Source: the human T2T-CHM13v2.0 reference genome, Homo sapiens. From it: DNA of 64,000 nt. The notes under the pieces were generated by a model. It did no database searches. It was not told where the DNA came from and worked only from the letters and a program-made list of their open reading frames with translations. The translations under genes were made by a program, and so were the position numbers. The stretch is taken from NCBI RefSeq assembly GCF_009914755.1, contig NC_060934.1. One strand, written 5' to 3'. Below are positions 13,781 to 33,507 of the stretch, piece after piece; the first letter of the stretch is position 1, and each line of letters starts with the position of its first letter.

Positions 13781-16379
13781 AAAATTTCATTTGTTGATCA
13801 ACAACCCTTTTTCTAAGGAGATGCTTGTGGTCTAAATATGCAGATTCCCATTTCCAAGAAGAAGGGAATGACGGCAAGACAACCTGGGAGGGAGTTTAGG
13901 ATTGTTCTAAAGCTGTGAAAGCCATTGAAATTCACACATAAGAGGATAGAGAAAGGGAATCCACATGTTTGATCCCTCCATGTACTGGGTATTACTTGGT
14001 CTTCATTAAGTTGCACCACCTTTGGCATCAGAGAGAACTGGATTTGAATCCAAGTTCCAACACTCATTAGGACGTGATGGTGAATGTGTTTTCAAGTCCT
14101 CAGAGCCTCACTTTGCTTGTCTATAAAAGAGGGGATTCTTATGAGGCTTCCGTAAGGTAAATGAGTAAAAATTTGGGTGGACAAAATGCCTTTAATTTAA
14201 AAGATAGGGTTGTTATGAGGCTTCGATAAGGTAAGTGTGTAAAAATCTGGACAGAATGCCTATAATTTTGTTAGTGTTCAATATATAGAGAAGGATTATT
14301 TTTCTCTAATTTTTAGAGCAAGTTTCTAAAATGGTGTTACTCATATTTTTGAGATAATCAAACCAAGAATCACAAAGATTAAATGAGTCACCATGCTCAC
14401 AAAGCAGTTCACAATACATTTAGTGGATAATTGCCATTTAAAAGTAGCAGTGATGATCACATTTAAAATCTTGTATTATGTGGTGCTTTTCTCTTACATA
14501 AGCCTCTTTGTTTGTTGAAGCCATAGATTCTAATTTGTTGTATCAAAGTGATCACTAGAAAACTGTGATATACTTAGTGTATACATTTCAGAAAGTGTCC
14601 TCTATTACTCGTAGCTCGTGGCAATGTGTTTTTCTGAAAGCACATGCAGAAATATGTCTTTTTTCAGGTTGAAAAATCTCAGAGGTTATGGGGGAAAGGG
14701 GCTCTATGAATATAGGAGGCAGATTTGGGTTCAGTAATTTTAGCATCATTCATTGTAAGGTGATGATCCCTAGGAACTTCATCACACTGAGCAACATGAA
14801 AGCTCCTAGCAGCCAGCAATAAATGAAAGGTGGGGCGGGTCCACTGGCAGGGTGGGGCCTTGTAAGCCTGGTGCTTAAGCTCTGAATTCCACGTTGGGGG
14901 GGACACATGCAAAGGATTCTGGGCCTGATTGTTTCCTCTAACCCGGATGTGTTCTGGTTGGCAGGGCAACTGGCCTTCACTTGGTGGCTTTCAGTGGGTG
15001 CCCTCATTGGTTGCCTTTGGTTAGTGCCCTCAGTTGGTACCCTCAGTTGTTTCTCTTCAGTTGGTGGTCTGCAGTTCATGGTTTTCAGTTGTTGGGCAGT
15101 GGTGGAAGGAGGATGAATCTGTGCTCTCTCCTCCCCAGGCCACAACTCTCAGGCTTGTTGCATCCAGTCCCTTCTAAAATAAACCGGACAAGTTGGCAGT
15201 TTTTTTTTAGCAGACAAGTCAGCTCAGAGTACGGGGGTGACACAGGGTGCAGGCTGCTAGCACAGTGCCGCCCCATGGCCCAGGGCTGCCCGTGCTGGCA
15301 ATGCTCTTGCCAGCAAGAGGCGAGAGTTGTTGAGGTCTGCAGACTTGGGGGCAAGTGAAGGCCCAAGCTGCCCGAGAAGAGCAGGGGTGTCCCAAGGGGA
15401 CCACACTGAACTCTTGCATGTGCACCAAAGCCAGCCCCAATCATGGCCGGCACAAGGGTTCTGCAGGACCAGCCTGTGGCTCTCATGTCTACCAGCGTAC
15501 AGACAGCAAAGACACACGACACGATATACAGGAGCAGAGGCGCCCAGAACACGCTGTCCCCCAATGCCAGCCACAAGCGGGGCCAGCTCAGGGTGTAGTG
15601 GGTGAAGCCGTCCTGCAGCTCTGTGATCCACAAGGCGGAGGTGGCAGTAGCACAGGACTCCACCGCTTTGGAGGCTGCCCAGTCGAATTTGGGAGCCAGT
15701 GAGAGTCCTGACAGCAGCACATTGGCCACCAGAAGACACCCAAAGGTAGGGAGGCGGCAGATACTGCTTAAGTTCAGGAGCTCCTCTGGCCATTGCTCAC
15801 CCAAGGTTCCCCCCAGAGGCATCCACAGCCTGGGGCTCCTTCCTCCTGCCTGGAGTTTGCTTTCCTATGCCCAGGCCCCAAGCAGGAGGACTGGCTCTGC
15901 CTCGAGTCCTCACCCCTTCTTCTTTCCCTGCTGTGTCCAGCTGGTTTCTTACTTTCCTCCTACCTATGCTATGCCCAGTTCTGTTTCCTCTTCTTCTTCC
16001 CCCAGGCTGGCTGAAAACTAAGTTTCAAAATACAAAATGCATGCTACAGATTTCATTGCTGTAGATGAAATGCTGACAGCTTTTCTATTTAAACTCTGGT
16101 TGTTCTCTTCATTTCTTTAAACATTAGAATAATTAAGCCTCATGATAGATGTGCCTTTGTAACTTGAAAGTATGACCCTCAATTTTCACAATTTAAAAAA
16201 ATTTTTTAATTTTTCTTTTCATAAATTTTTGGCAAACAGGTAGTATTTAGTTATTGAGTAACTCCTTTAGTGGAGATTTGTGAGATTTTGTTGCACCCAT
16301 CACCCAAGCAGTACACATGGAATCCAGTTTGTAGTCTCTTATCTTTCTCCCCCTTCCCACCGTTTTCCCCCGAGTATCA

Positions 16380-17545
<1,166 letters not shown>

Positions 17546-18044
17546 TCAATATACTCTTTATTAAGGACAATGTTCAAAAGTTGTTCCTGTACTCAGCACG
17601 GTATGAAACTAGATAAATACATTTTAGGGAAATCAACAATAGAATTTTTTTGAAAGAAAATTGGTTTTCAAGGTTAATTCTTCAATTATCAAAAGCTTTT
17701 CAAAAGTAAAACATACTATTCCTCTCCACAATCCCAGTTAATCCAGACCCTCCTCAGTGGGCTTTATCAAATACCGTACTCACCTTCCTGAATCTTTTGC
17801 TGAATCTCATATAAAGTTTTGTCACAGAACCTCAGATTTTTCATACGGTTTTGTGTACCATGTCATGCCTGTGAATTGCTCTCTTTGCTTTGTTTTTATT
17901 TATTTATTTATTTTTTTGTAAGAAGTAGCCAGGAAGTATCTTTCTTTGCTTTATAGATGTAAACTGCTTTGTATTTTCAGATTAACTTTCAAGAATGTTG
18001 AAAATTCTTTGCTCACTCTTCTTTTCTCACTTCCTCCCTCTCAG

Positions 18045-18148
18045 GACCTATAAAAGGCATCACCAAGCCCAGTGGACAGATGCCCCAGGCTGCACATTCT
18101 GTCAGTGCTGTTCTGGAAAAGGCCCAAACACATGCTGAAACATGGAAG
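18045..18148 (+). pseudogene. Duplicated APBB1IP (RIAM) penultimate exon (GPIKGITKPSGQMPQAAHSVSAVLEKAQTHAETWK)
   Basis: Long polypyrimidine tract + CAG, GTAAAA donor; gap-free alignment to RIAM GPKTGTTQPNGQIPQATHSVSAVLQEAQRHAETSK (recalled). Confidence 0.88.
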
Positions 18149-18256
18149 GTAAAACCAGCAAGCAGCTGACTACATTCCATCCAGCCGTCCCCCAAAACCC
18201 ATGTTCTCAACCATTCGCATTGTTCCAATAACTGCTCTTTTAAAAAGAGAAAACAG

Positions 18257-20615
<2,359 letters not shown>

Positions 20616-20677
20616 TAATAACAATAAATTTAAAATTTCAAAAAATTTAAAATAATGCTGCTGTCGCTTGATTACAG

Positions 20678-21075
20678 TATAAGAAGCCAGCCCTCGGGAA
20701 CCACCAGGAGCCAGGAGCACCCCGGCCCCGCAGGGCCCCAAGTTCAGCCTGCCCCAACCCCTCTGGTGCAGAGTTCCTGGGACACCATCTGCAGCCCCGC
20801 CACGCCCCTCAAAGTCAAGGGCACAGGCGGCTGGGGCTTCCCCGCCCGCCCGACGACTTCCTGCTGCCCCAGCAGCCGCCACAGTCACCACCACGGCCCC
20901 TGGACGACCCAGAGCTCCTGCTGCCGCCCCCTGACTTCATGGAGGCGCCCCAGGACTTCGTGCCCCCTCCCCCTGCTGTCGCCAAGAGGCCTCCTATGCC
21001 CCACCCCCACAAGAGGCACGAAGCATCAATGTTCAGATGCCGCAAATGAATAAAATAAATGAATAAAAGTTCAAC
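20678..21075 (+). pseudogene. Duplicated APBB1IP (RIAM) last exon, frameshifted and internally deleted
   Basis: TTACAG acceptor; pieces KKPALGNH, SPATPLKVKGTGG, PDDFL, LDDPEL..PPPDFME, PPPAVAKRPP match the RIAM C-terminus in shifting frames; AATAAA signals at about 21049-21068. Confidence 0.88.
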
Positions 21076-21387
21076 GTTCTTCCTACGGTATTTCTAGAAA
21101 GATTACTGGGTCAGTCGATCTGGATGTCAATACTATAATTGAAAATAGCTCCCAGGGAAACCGAAAGATTGGACACCCCTGCAGGCTAAATGGAAATTTA
21201 AAATGAAGCGAATTTAGTTTTAAAACCAAAATATTTAGTAATTAAAACTGGCAAGGTGTTCTTAATTTTTTGAGCATATGCTTGAAATAGGATAGAAGGT
21301 AAATTTGCTTTACATTAAATTTTATCTCAGGAACAGTAACTCTCCAGTTTTAGTATATTATGTTCTTTTGATATAAGATACAGTATT

Positions 21388-21650
21388 AATACGGCTTTTC
21401 TTTTTAAATTTTTTTAAAATTTTATTTTCCTTTTAAGTTCCAGGATACATGTGCAGAACGTGCAGATTTGTTACATAGGTAAACGTGTGCCATGGTGGTT
21501 TGCTGAACCTATCAACCCATCACCTAAATATTAAGCCCAGCATGTGTTAGCTATTTGTCCTGATGCTCTCCCTCCCCTCAATCCCCCACAACAGGTCCCA
21601 GTGTGTGTTGTTCCTCTCCTTGTGTCCATGTGAAAAACACAGCTTTTCTG
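21388..21650 (-). mobile_element. Short L1PA 3' end
   Basis: Antisense L1 3' UTR with TSD AAYACRGCTTTTCT. Confidence 0.8.
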
Positions 21651-22269
21651 ATACCTGACTACATAATGGTCATTATGCAGATCTCTGGGACAATACAGGA
21701 AAGGTTCAGCGAAGAGAGCTATGAAAGTTGTCAGAATCAAAATGGGGTCACTCATGTTAACAAAACGCTGACAAATAGAACCAGGCAAGTCCATGAATAG
21801 AGGGTTCTCATGAAGATCGTCAACCCTGTGATTTTCACTCAAGTGGAACACAATCTTTGGTGTCTGGCTGAGAGGTCTTTACAAGAACTACCTATACCTG
21901 AGTGGGATTATTTAGATTGACCCTGAAAATGCAGCAAACTTTGTTCCTTTATGAAAATTTTAGTGAGATAGTGGAGGTGGGGGGAGTGTAAAAGCTGGGG
22001 TGAAATTGGACGTTAGAGAGGAAGTGCAAGGATAATAATATATTATGAACAGTATATAATTAATAATATAGGGCAGTAATGCTATATCACAGCTTATGAA
22101 AACTCCATAATTTCTTTTATAATGCTGCCACTGGGGCAAAGACCCATGTAATAGGCCAACTGCAACAAAAACCACAAGGTTTGGTAGCGTTTACAGGAAA
22201 CACGATTTAACCCGCCACATGATAGAATATGAACTAAGATTTTACAGTAGGTCCTCAAAGAGGAGAACG

Positions 22270-22900
22270 AATATTTAAGCCTCATATTTTGTTTGATCAC
22301 AGGAATCTTGGCTGCTATGATACTGAAATGACCTAAGTCCATGATAATTGAGCCTTTAAAGTGTGTTTGAGACTTATGGCTTGATGTGTGATCCATTTTT
22401 ACCGATGGTTTATGTGTGCTTGGGTACAATGTACTATACATGTTCCTTAGAACAAGCTTGTGAAGTATGTTGCACAAATCTTCTGCCTGCAGCCTGTTAT
22501 CTGGTCTGTCGCATCCATCAATTACTAAGAAGAATGTTTTAAAATCTTCTGAGGGCAGATTTGTCAATATCTTTTCATTGTTCTGGCAAATTGAGCTTTA
22601 TATATTCCGACACTGTTTATTATTAAGTGTAAACAAAAACTATGTATGTGACTTCCTGGCGAATTGAACCGTCTATCACCATGCAATGTTTTCTGCTTTT
22701 TATCTTGTACTCATGCAGCTATACCATCTTTTTTCAGGTATTTGCCTGACAAATCTATTCATTCACTTTCAAACTCTCTATGACTTTATGTTCAATGTTT
22801 GCCACTTGTAAATGACATATGGCAGATTTTGTTGTGTTTATATCTCGTTCAGGGATTATTATCTTTTAACTGCAAATTTATTCTTTTTACTTTTTAAATT
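22270..22900 (-). mobile_element. Ancient L1 ORF2 endonuclease remnant
   Basis: Translation EDFKTFFLVIDG...EDLCNILHKLVLRNMYSTLYP...KMDHTSSHKS resembles L1 EN GDFNTPLS...DLIDIYRTLHP...KIDHILGHK. Confidence 0.7.
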
Positions 22901-22909
22901 TTCTTTCTT

Positions 22910-24888
<1,979 letters not shown>

Positions 24889-26149
24889 TACAGAAATGAC
24901 TACTTCCCTACCAATCTTTATAGTTACAGAGCTAAAGACCATCAAAAACATCATCATCTTTAAATATAAAATCAACAATCACTGTTCTGAGTATCATAGT
25001 AAATCAAATGCATTTCTTTTTTTTAACCCCGTTATCTTTTCCTCCTTAGCACTTATCTCCTAATATTCAATATAACTTATTTGTTTTGTTAATTTGTCTC
25101 TCCTACCAGAAGTAAGCTTCATGGGGGCACAATTATTTTTCCTGTTATTTTTCATTGCTGTGCCCTTAGCACTTAGAACAGTGTCTGGCACATACTGAGA
25201 ACCTAAATATTCAATAAATATTTGTTGAATGAATAAACTCTGCAGGGAAAAACAGGTACAAAAGTGATGGAGACAAGGGTAGGAGCAAGATGGCTTAATG
25301 AATATCATTTTATATCACTTTGACTCTGAACTATGTGACTGTAGTACCAATATATTTTTTAATTAAATTAAGGAAACAATAGATGGAATGTAAAATTTCT
25401 ATCTTTATCAAAACAATATTTTTGCTACTGGGGTTAATAAAATCACTCTATGCTTGACTTCCATCTGGAATCTTGTTGTACTGTTGCACTGAAAACAGGC
25501 TCAGTTTTAGATTGGAGGAGTTGGGGGAGAGGAAAGGTAGGAAGAGAAATATATTTTGTCTTCTAGCAAATACGTTAGAGACACAGAAATAATTAAAATG
25601 TGGTCCCTGGCCTCCAGGAGCTCAATGACTAGTAATTGAATCAATCAATATTTAACATTTGATATAATATTAATGTACTCAGAATATCATTCACACTTAT
25701 TCATATACATACATATGATATTTCAATTTGAGCAATTATAAACATTGCAAATTTTTCTATGTATTATTTACTGCTGCATAAAAAAGGCAACCATGTTCCT
25801 TTTTCTTTTCAGTTGAAATTCAGAATAAGAAACCATGCAGTAGATAGACAGAGATTAAAATATCAGCTTACTACTGATAAAAGCTAGCCTGGAGAATATT
25901 GCTCAGGTGGTAAAGAGGCACAATGATATGTTACATGCAAATGAATATCAATCATCTGTTGGAGTAAAATAAAAACTGTACTAACAGTTATGCAAAGATT
26001 CAGAGAATATATCACCTATCCACCCTGTTTGGGCAAAACACTTAAGAAAGTAATCAAGACAGGGACTTGAAGATGGAACCATGAGAAAAGGATGGTGGTG
26101 AGCAGAGAAATGACTCCAAGTGGGGGATGGGGGAGTGTCAAAGGCAAAG

Positions 26150-27720
<1,571 letters not shown>

Positions 27721-27800
27721 GTTAGTTTCTTAATTTCAAAAAATCATTATACAAATATGTTTTCACACAGATTTTATCAGTAGGTTGGGGATTTACTCAC

Positions 27801-28835
<1,035 letters not shown>

Positions 28836-29068
28836 CTTATAATATGTATTCTCTGAGGGCAGAGACGATAAAGGGCTCATCGTTGTATCACTTAATGGCA
28901 CCCACAAGATCTGGTAGGCACATAGAAATGACCATTTTATAAACGAACCCAATTCTTTCTACTACCCCGTCACTGTGTTATCTATAGCAGTTTACCTGAG
29001 ATAACTTGTGATGATATTTTAATGAAATAAGGTGTGTATGTATGCACACATACACAAATTGTACATAC

Positions 29069-29152
29069 CGGAATTACAGGCTTCCATAAAAGCAAACGGA
29101 CCGTAGTGAATTGCAATGGATAAAAAACTGAGGTTATCAGTATTAAAAACAC
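29069..29152 (-). pseudogene. SELENOOLP: SelO-like catalytic-loop exon (GVFNTDNLSFLSIAIHYGPFAFMEACNS)
   Basis: GTTTTAG acceptor, GTATGT donor, 84 nt; aligns to SelO GVMNTDNMS...DYGPFGF. Confidence 0.93.
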
Positions 29153-29865
29153 CTAAAACAACAACAAGAATTCCAAAACATGATGACAAAATATTTTTCT
29201 TTTACCTTAATTAAATTATCCAGAATAGAAAAGGTTATGGAAATGCCATATGTTTTAGAGATGAAACAAAATGACATTATCAATTGAAAGTCTAACTGGT
29301 AATATCAAATAGCTTAAAATGTTAAACTATATTTTAAAATTACATTTAGACTTTTGTTTTATACTCGCCTCCCAAAAATTTCAAAAACTATAATAATAAA
29401 AGGCCAAAAAATAGAACTTCCTCTTTTATTTATTCTCAATTCCTAGCAGTTGTTTAAAACTATATATATTATATAAAATGGAATTGAGACCAGTGCAGGA
29501 ATAAGAGTAATTTTTGGAGATTGTGAAAAGAGGAAAAAATAAAAATATGAGTCATTTTTAGGACAGTAGGAGAATGGGTAGCCCCTTTTATTGCTGGAGA
29601 CATTTGTACATCATAGAAAAAAGTCCAGAAAAATTAATAATAAAATGGTTAACAGTGATTACCTTGGAAAATGAAGCTCTACTCACTTCTATGTATTGTA
29701 AATTATTTACCATAAGCATATAGTAATTTATTAAAAATTTAAAAATTGCTTTAAAGAGATACTTACTCATATACATAATGTTACAGGTAACATCATCCTG
29801 ATCTGTTCAAAACCATTTTAAACATGGAAAACATCTTTCTCTGTCATTAAAAACCAATTTGTAGA

Positions 29866-30412
29866 CAGTAGCCCCCCCTTATCTGCAGAGGATGTGTACC
29901 AACACCCCCAGGGGAATGACTGAAACCACAGATAGTACCAAACTCTCTATATACTATGATTTTTCCTATACATACCTATGATAAAGTTTAATTTATAAAT
30001 TAGGTACAGTAGCAGATTAACAACAATAACTAATAATAAAATAGAACAATTATAAAAACATGCCAGCATCACTACTCTTGCACTTTGGGACCATTGTTAA
30101 CTAAAATCAAGGTAACTTGAACACAAGCACTGAGTCCTGCAATGGTCCATAGAACTACTCAGCTACAAGTGACTCATGGGATGAAGTGACTCATGGCCAG
30201 GGAGTGTCTCCAACATGGATAAACTGGACAGAGAGAGAATTCACATCCCAGACGAGACGGAGCAAGACTTCATCATGCTACTCAGAATAGTGAGCACTTT
30301 AAACTTATGAATTGCTTATTTCTGGAATTTTGCATTTAATATTTTTAGACCATGGTTGACCACAGGGAAGTGAAATTGTGGAAAGAGAATGCAGATAAGG
30401 GAGAAACTTCTG
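29866..30412. mobile_element. Tigger3/MER2-group DNA transposon
   Basis: Terminal inverted repeats CAGTAGCCCCCCCTTATCTGC ... GCAGATAAGGGAGAAACTTCTG. Confidence 0.8.
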
Positions 30413-30529
30413 TATTACAAATGCTAAGAAGCTCAATAGGAATTTTTTAAATTCACAAAAAACGAAGCCTTCTACTTCAACAAATTCTACTTTCTCATCA
30501 GAAGAATGAAATATCTGTAGATAACTTAC

Positions 30530-30605
30530 CACAAGCAAAAACTAACAGACTTCCACAAGACAATAAGTTGTGCTGTCTCAGATACCACAATAGAAAAAAA
30601 AAATC
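30530..30605 (-). pseudogene. SELENOOLP: SelO-like exon (DFF / fs / SIVVSETAQLIVLWKSVSF / fs / ACG)
   Basis: TTTTAG acceptor, GTAAGT donor; aligns to YdiU [24 protein letters not shown] with two T-run insertions. Confidence 0.88.
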
Positions 30606-31359
30606 CTAAAATGAAATTTAGAGATTTCTCGGGTTTTTAGCAATGTATGCTCTTTTAGGATCCTCTGATAAGTCACAAGAAGCATATAGGAAAACTTCAA
30701 AGGTGGGTCAAAAGATGACTAAAGGAGTGGAAATTAGTACAGGTAAGAAAAATCCAGAAAAGTAAAATTATGCATCCAGAAACAATACATAAGAGGCTTA
30801 GACACAGTATCATGGTCAAGCTTCTCCATGGCCAATAACCAAAGTAAAAGCAACAGAATTCAGCACAAGGGAGTTAACTTTCAGCAATGTGAGTTATTAA
30901 ACTTCGAATGTGTCACCAAGAAAAATAATGGAATTCCCTTCTCGGTGACAGTTAAAATAATGGAAAAGCTTTAGGAAGAGCAAAAAATTTCCACAAGAAT
31001 AGAAAAACATATTTTGCTATTATGTATTATGTTTACTTTAGAACTACTATGATAGAAATATTGGTATATGTAATGTGTGACGAAAGAATGTATGTGATCA
31101 AGTTATAAATGCTGCTCAAAAAAATCACATATACTGTCAGGATGTAGGAACACCTGTTCTTTTTTTCTAGGCATCTTTTAAGCAAAATAACTGCCTTGTC
31201 TATGCCTTGTTTAAGAAGTGGTGCATCTTAACTTCCTGTAACAAAATATTCTAATGGTTCTGCACTTCCTTTGCTAGCTTTAGTGTTTTAAATTCTAAGC
31301 AGTAATCTCCAGTGTTGGCAGGCCAACGAGAGAAAACAAGAGAATTGCCTTTCCTCTTT

Positions 31360-32334
31360 AAATGCTTACCACGTGGGGTTGTAAATTAGGTCAGCCATGT
31401 GGAAAGCAGTTCGGAGATTCTCCAAGAACTTAAAACGTAACTACTGTTCAACCCGGCAATCCCATTACTGGGTATATATCCAAAAGAAAACAAATCATTC
31501 TATCAACAACACACCTACGTTCGTCACAGCACTATTCACAATAGCAAAGACATGGAATCAAGTCAGTGACTATCAACTATGGGTTGGATAAAGAAAATGT
31601 GATACATATAAATCATGGAATACTATACAGCCATAAAAAAGAATGAAATCATGTTGGTGTGCTGCGCCCATTAACTTGTCATTTAGCATTAGGTATATCT
31701 CCTAATGCTATCCCTCCTCCCTCCCCCCACCCCACAACAGTCCCCGGTGTGTGACGTTCCCCTTCCTGTGTCCATGTGTTCTCATTGGTCAATTCCCACC
31801 TATGAGCGAGAACATGCGGTGTTTGGTTTTTTGTCCTTGCGATAGTTTGCTGAGAATGATGGTTTCCAGTTTCACCAACATGGCACATGTATACATAAGT
31901 AAGAAACCTGCACGTTGTGCACATGTACCCTAAAACTTAAAGTACAATAATAATAACATAAAAAAATTTAAAAAAAAAGAATGAAATCATGTCCTTTGAA
32001 GCAACATAGATATAGCTGTAGGCCATTATCCTAAATGAATTAACACAGCAACCGAAAACCAAATACTGCATATTCTCACTTATAAATGGGAGCTCAACAT
32101 TGGGTACTCATGGACATAAAGATGGCAACAATAGACATTGGGGACTTCTGGGGAGCGGAAGCGTTGAAAAACGATTGGGTATTATGCTCACTACCTCGGT
32201 GAGGGGATCAGTCATACCCCAAACCTCAGGGTTATGCAATATGTCCATGTAATAAACCTCCACATTTCCCCTGAATCTAAAATAAAAGTTGCAATTATAA
32301 AATTAAAAAACAAATAAATAAATATTTCCCACGT
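31360..32334 (+). mobile_element. Older L1 3' end with a nested 5'-inverted L1PA (about 31654-31975)
   Basis: Outer TSD AAATGCTTACCACGT / AAATATTTCCCACGT; inner TSD AAAAGAATGAAATCATGT; L1 3' UTR motifs in both orientations. Confidence 0.88.
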
Positions 32335-32399
32335 ATCTATTAGGTTCTTTGACATCCATCGAGGGATAATGTTGCTCTATGATGAAGTCAAATAATCCC
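32330..32399 (-). pseudogene. SELENOOLP: SelO-like exon (GLFDFIIEQHYPSMDVKEPNRYV)
   Basis: TCTCCAG acceptor, phase matches the previous exon; aligns to YdiU LADFAIRHYW; donor reads GGAAAT. Confidence 0.85.
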
Positions 32400-33376
32400 C
32401 TGGAGATAAAAAGGACATAGTATCGGTGTCCCTCAGAACACAGCATCCAATATCCAGGTACCTAAATCCCTCGACATCTATGAATTCATTAGATCAGGCT
32501 CAAGATGTTAAAACTTGAAGAATAAGGTTTTACTGCCAAAACAGCCAAAAAGCAATATTTCTTCAATATCAATCAAAAATGAAAATATGTTTCTAAGATC
32601 ATATGAGATTCTACCTTATGTTACAAATTTGATTACTTCAATAAACATCCATTGGGTACCTGCTGTACCTACTGTATGCTAAGCCCTGGGCAAGTGCTAG
32701 GAAAAAGAATGGTAAGACCCAGAACCCAGACCTCAAAGAGTACATGCTCTACTAGGGAAGAAGAACATATGAAGAAATCATGATGTTACATTATAATAAA
32801 TGCAATACCAGAATTATATAAAATGAATAGCGATAACAGAGCAGAGAATGATTATTTGTGGTAGGTCATTTAAGGCTTCACACATGAGGTGACAAAAAAT
32901 TGGCAAATGTCTGAGGTTAAAATATTTAAAGTTGTACCAGGATTCAGCAAACATGTAATAAATAAAATATATAAAGTGCAAATGTATCATACTTTCTATT
33001 CTCATTTTAACCAACTATTCTAGTTACCTGCCTAACCACTAGCATGGACTGCACTGAATAAGAGGAAATCTGGAAGCAAATTTCAGCTGTAGATATGATT
33101 TGGAAATCACTAAAACCCAGTTAAAATAGTAAGTGTAGATTAGCATTTGTCTAATATCTATCTATGTCTCATATGTATATACACACACCATACACTGTAT
33201 ATGAGAGTATGTCATATTAGCCAGTGGAGGCATGTCAAGGATGAAGTGCTTAATCATATGCATTAAATGCTAGGGAGATCCGTGAACTATAACTGAAACA
33301 TGACCACTAGATGGAGCAATTTCAGTGACATGGTGTGAATCCAGGCAGAACTGACCCAGAAAGCAAATGGGTAGTT

Positions 33377-33507
33377 AGAAATAATGCCTTGTTCAATTCC
33401 CACCTATGAGTACATATGTAACTAACCTGCACATTGTGCACATGTACCCTAAAACTTAAAGTGTAATAATAACAAAATAAAAAATAAAAAAAAAAGAAAT
33501 AATGCCT
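33377..33507 (+). mobile_element. Micro 5'-inverted L1PA
   Basis: TSD AGAAATAATGCCT; about 22 nt of inverted L1 followed by the L1 terminal ~60 nt and an A-tail. Confidence 0.85.

Larger units (their letters stand above)
5700..16090 (+). repeat. FAM238A: Five-unit tandem array (GC-rich ~1 kb cores + AT-rich spacers); probable FAM238-family lncRNA locus
   Basis: Landmark GTGAGAAACCTGAAAG...AATGAATGAAAGGTGGG at about 6061, 8632, 10478, 12349, 14788; cores and spacers align between units. The array is certain; the symbol is from recalled locus order and is less so. Confidence 0.75.

Noticed and set aside
6098-16064. Many 100-245 aa ORFs in the array cores as a protein family
   Set aside because: They occur on both strands and in different frames, with unit-specific stops and indels; expected for GC-rich DNA; no recognisable domain.
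20655-21053. 132 aa ORF as an intact gene
   Set aside because: Only partly in the APBB1IP frame; a product of frameshifts in the duplicated exon.
22094-22567. 157 aa ORF as a novel gene
   Set aside because: The N-terminal half resembles decayed L1 ORF2 endonuclease.
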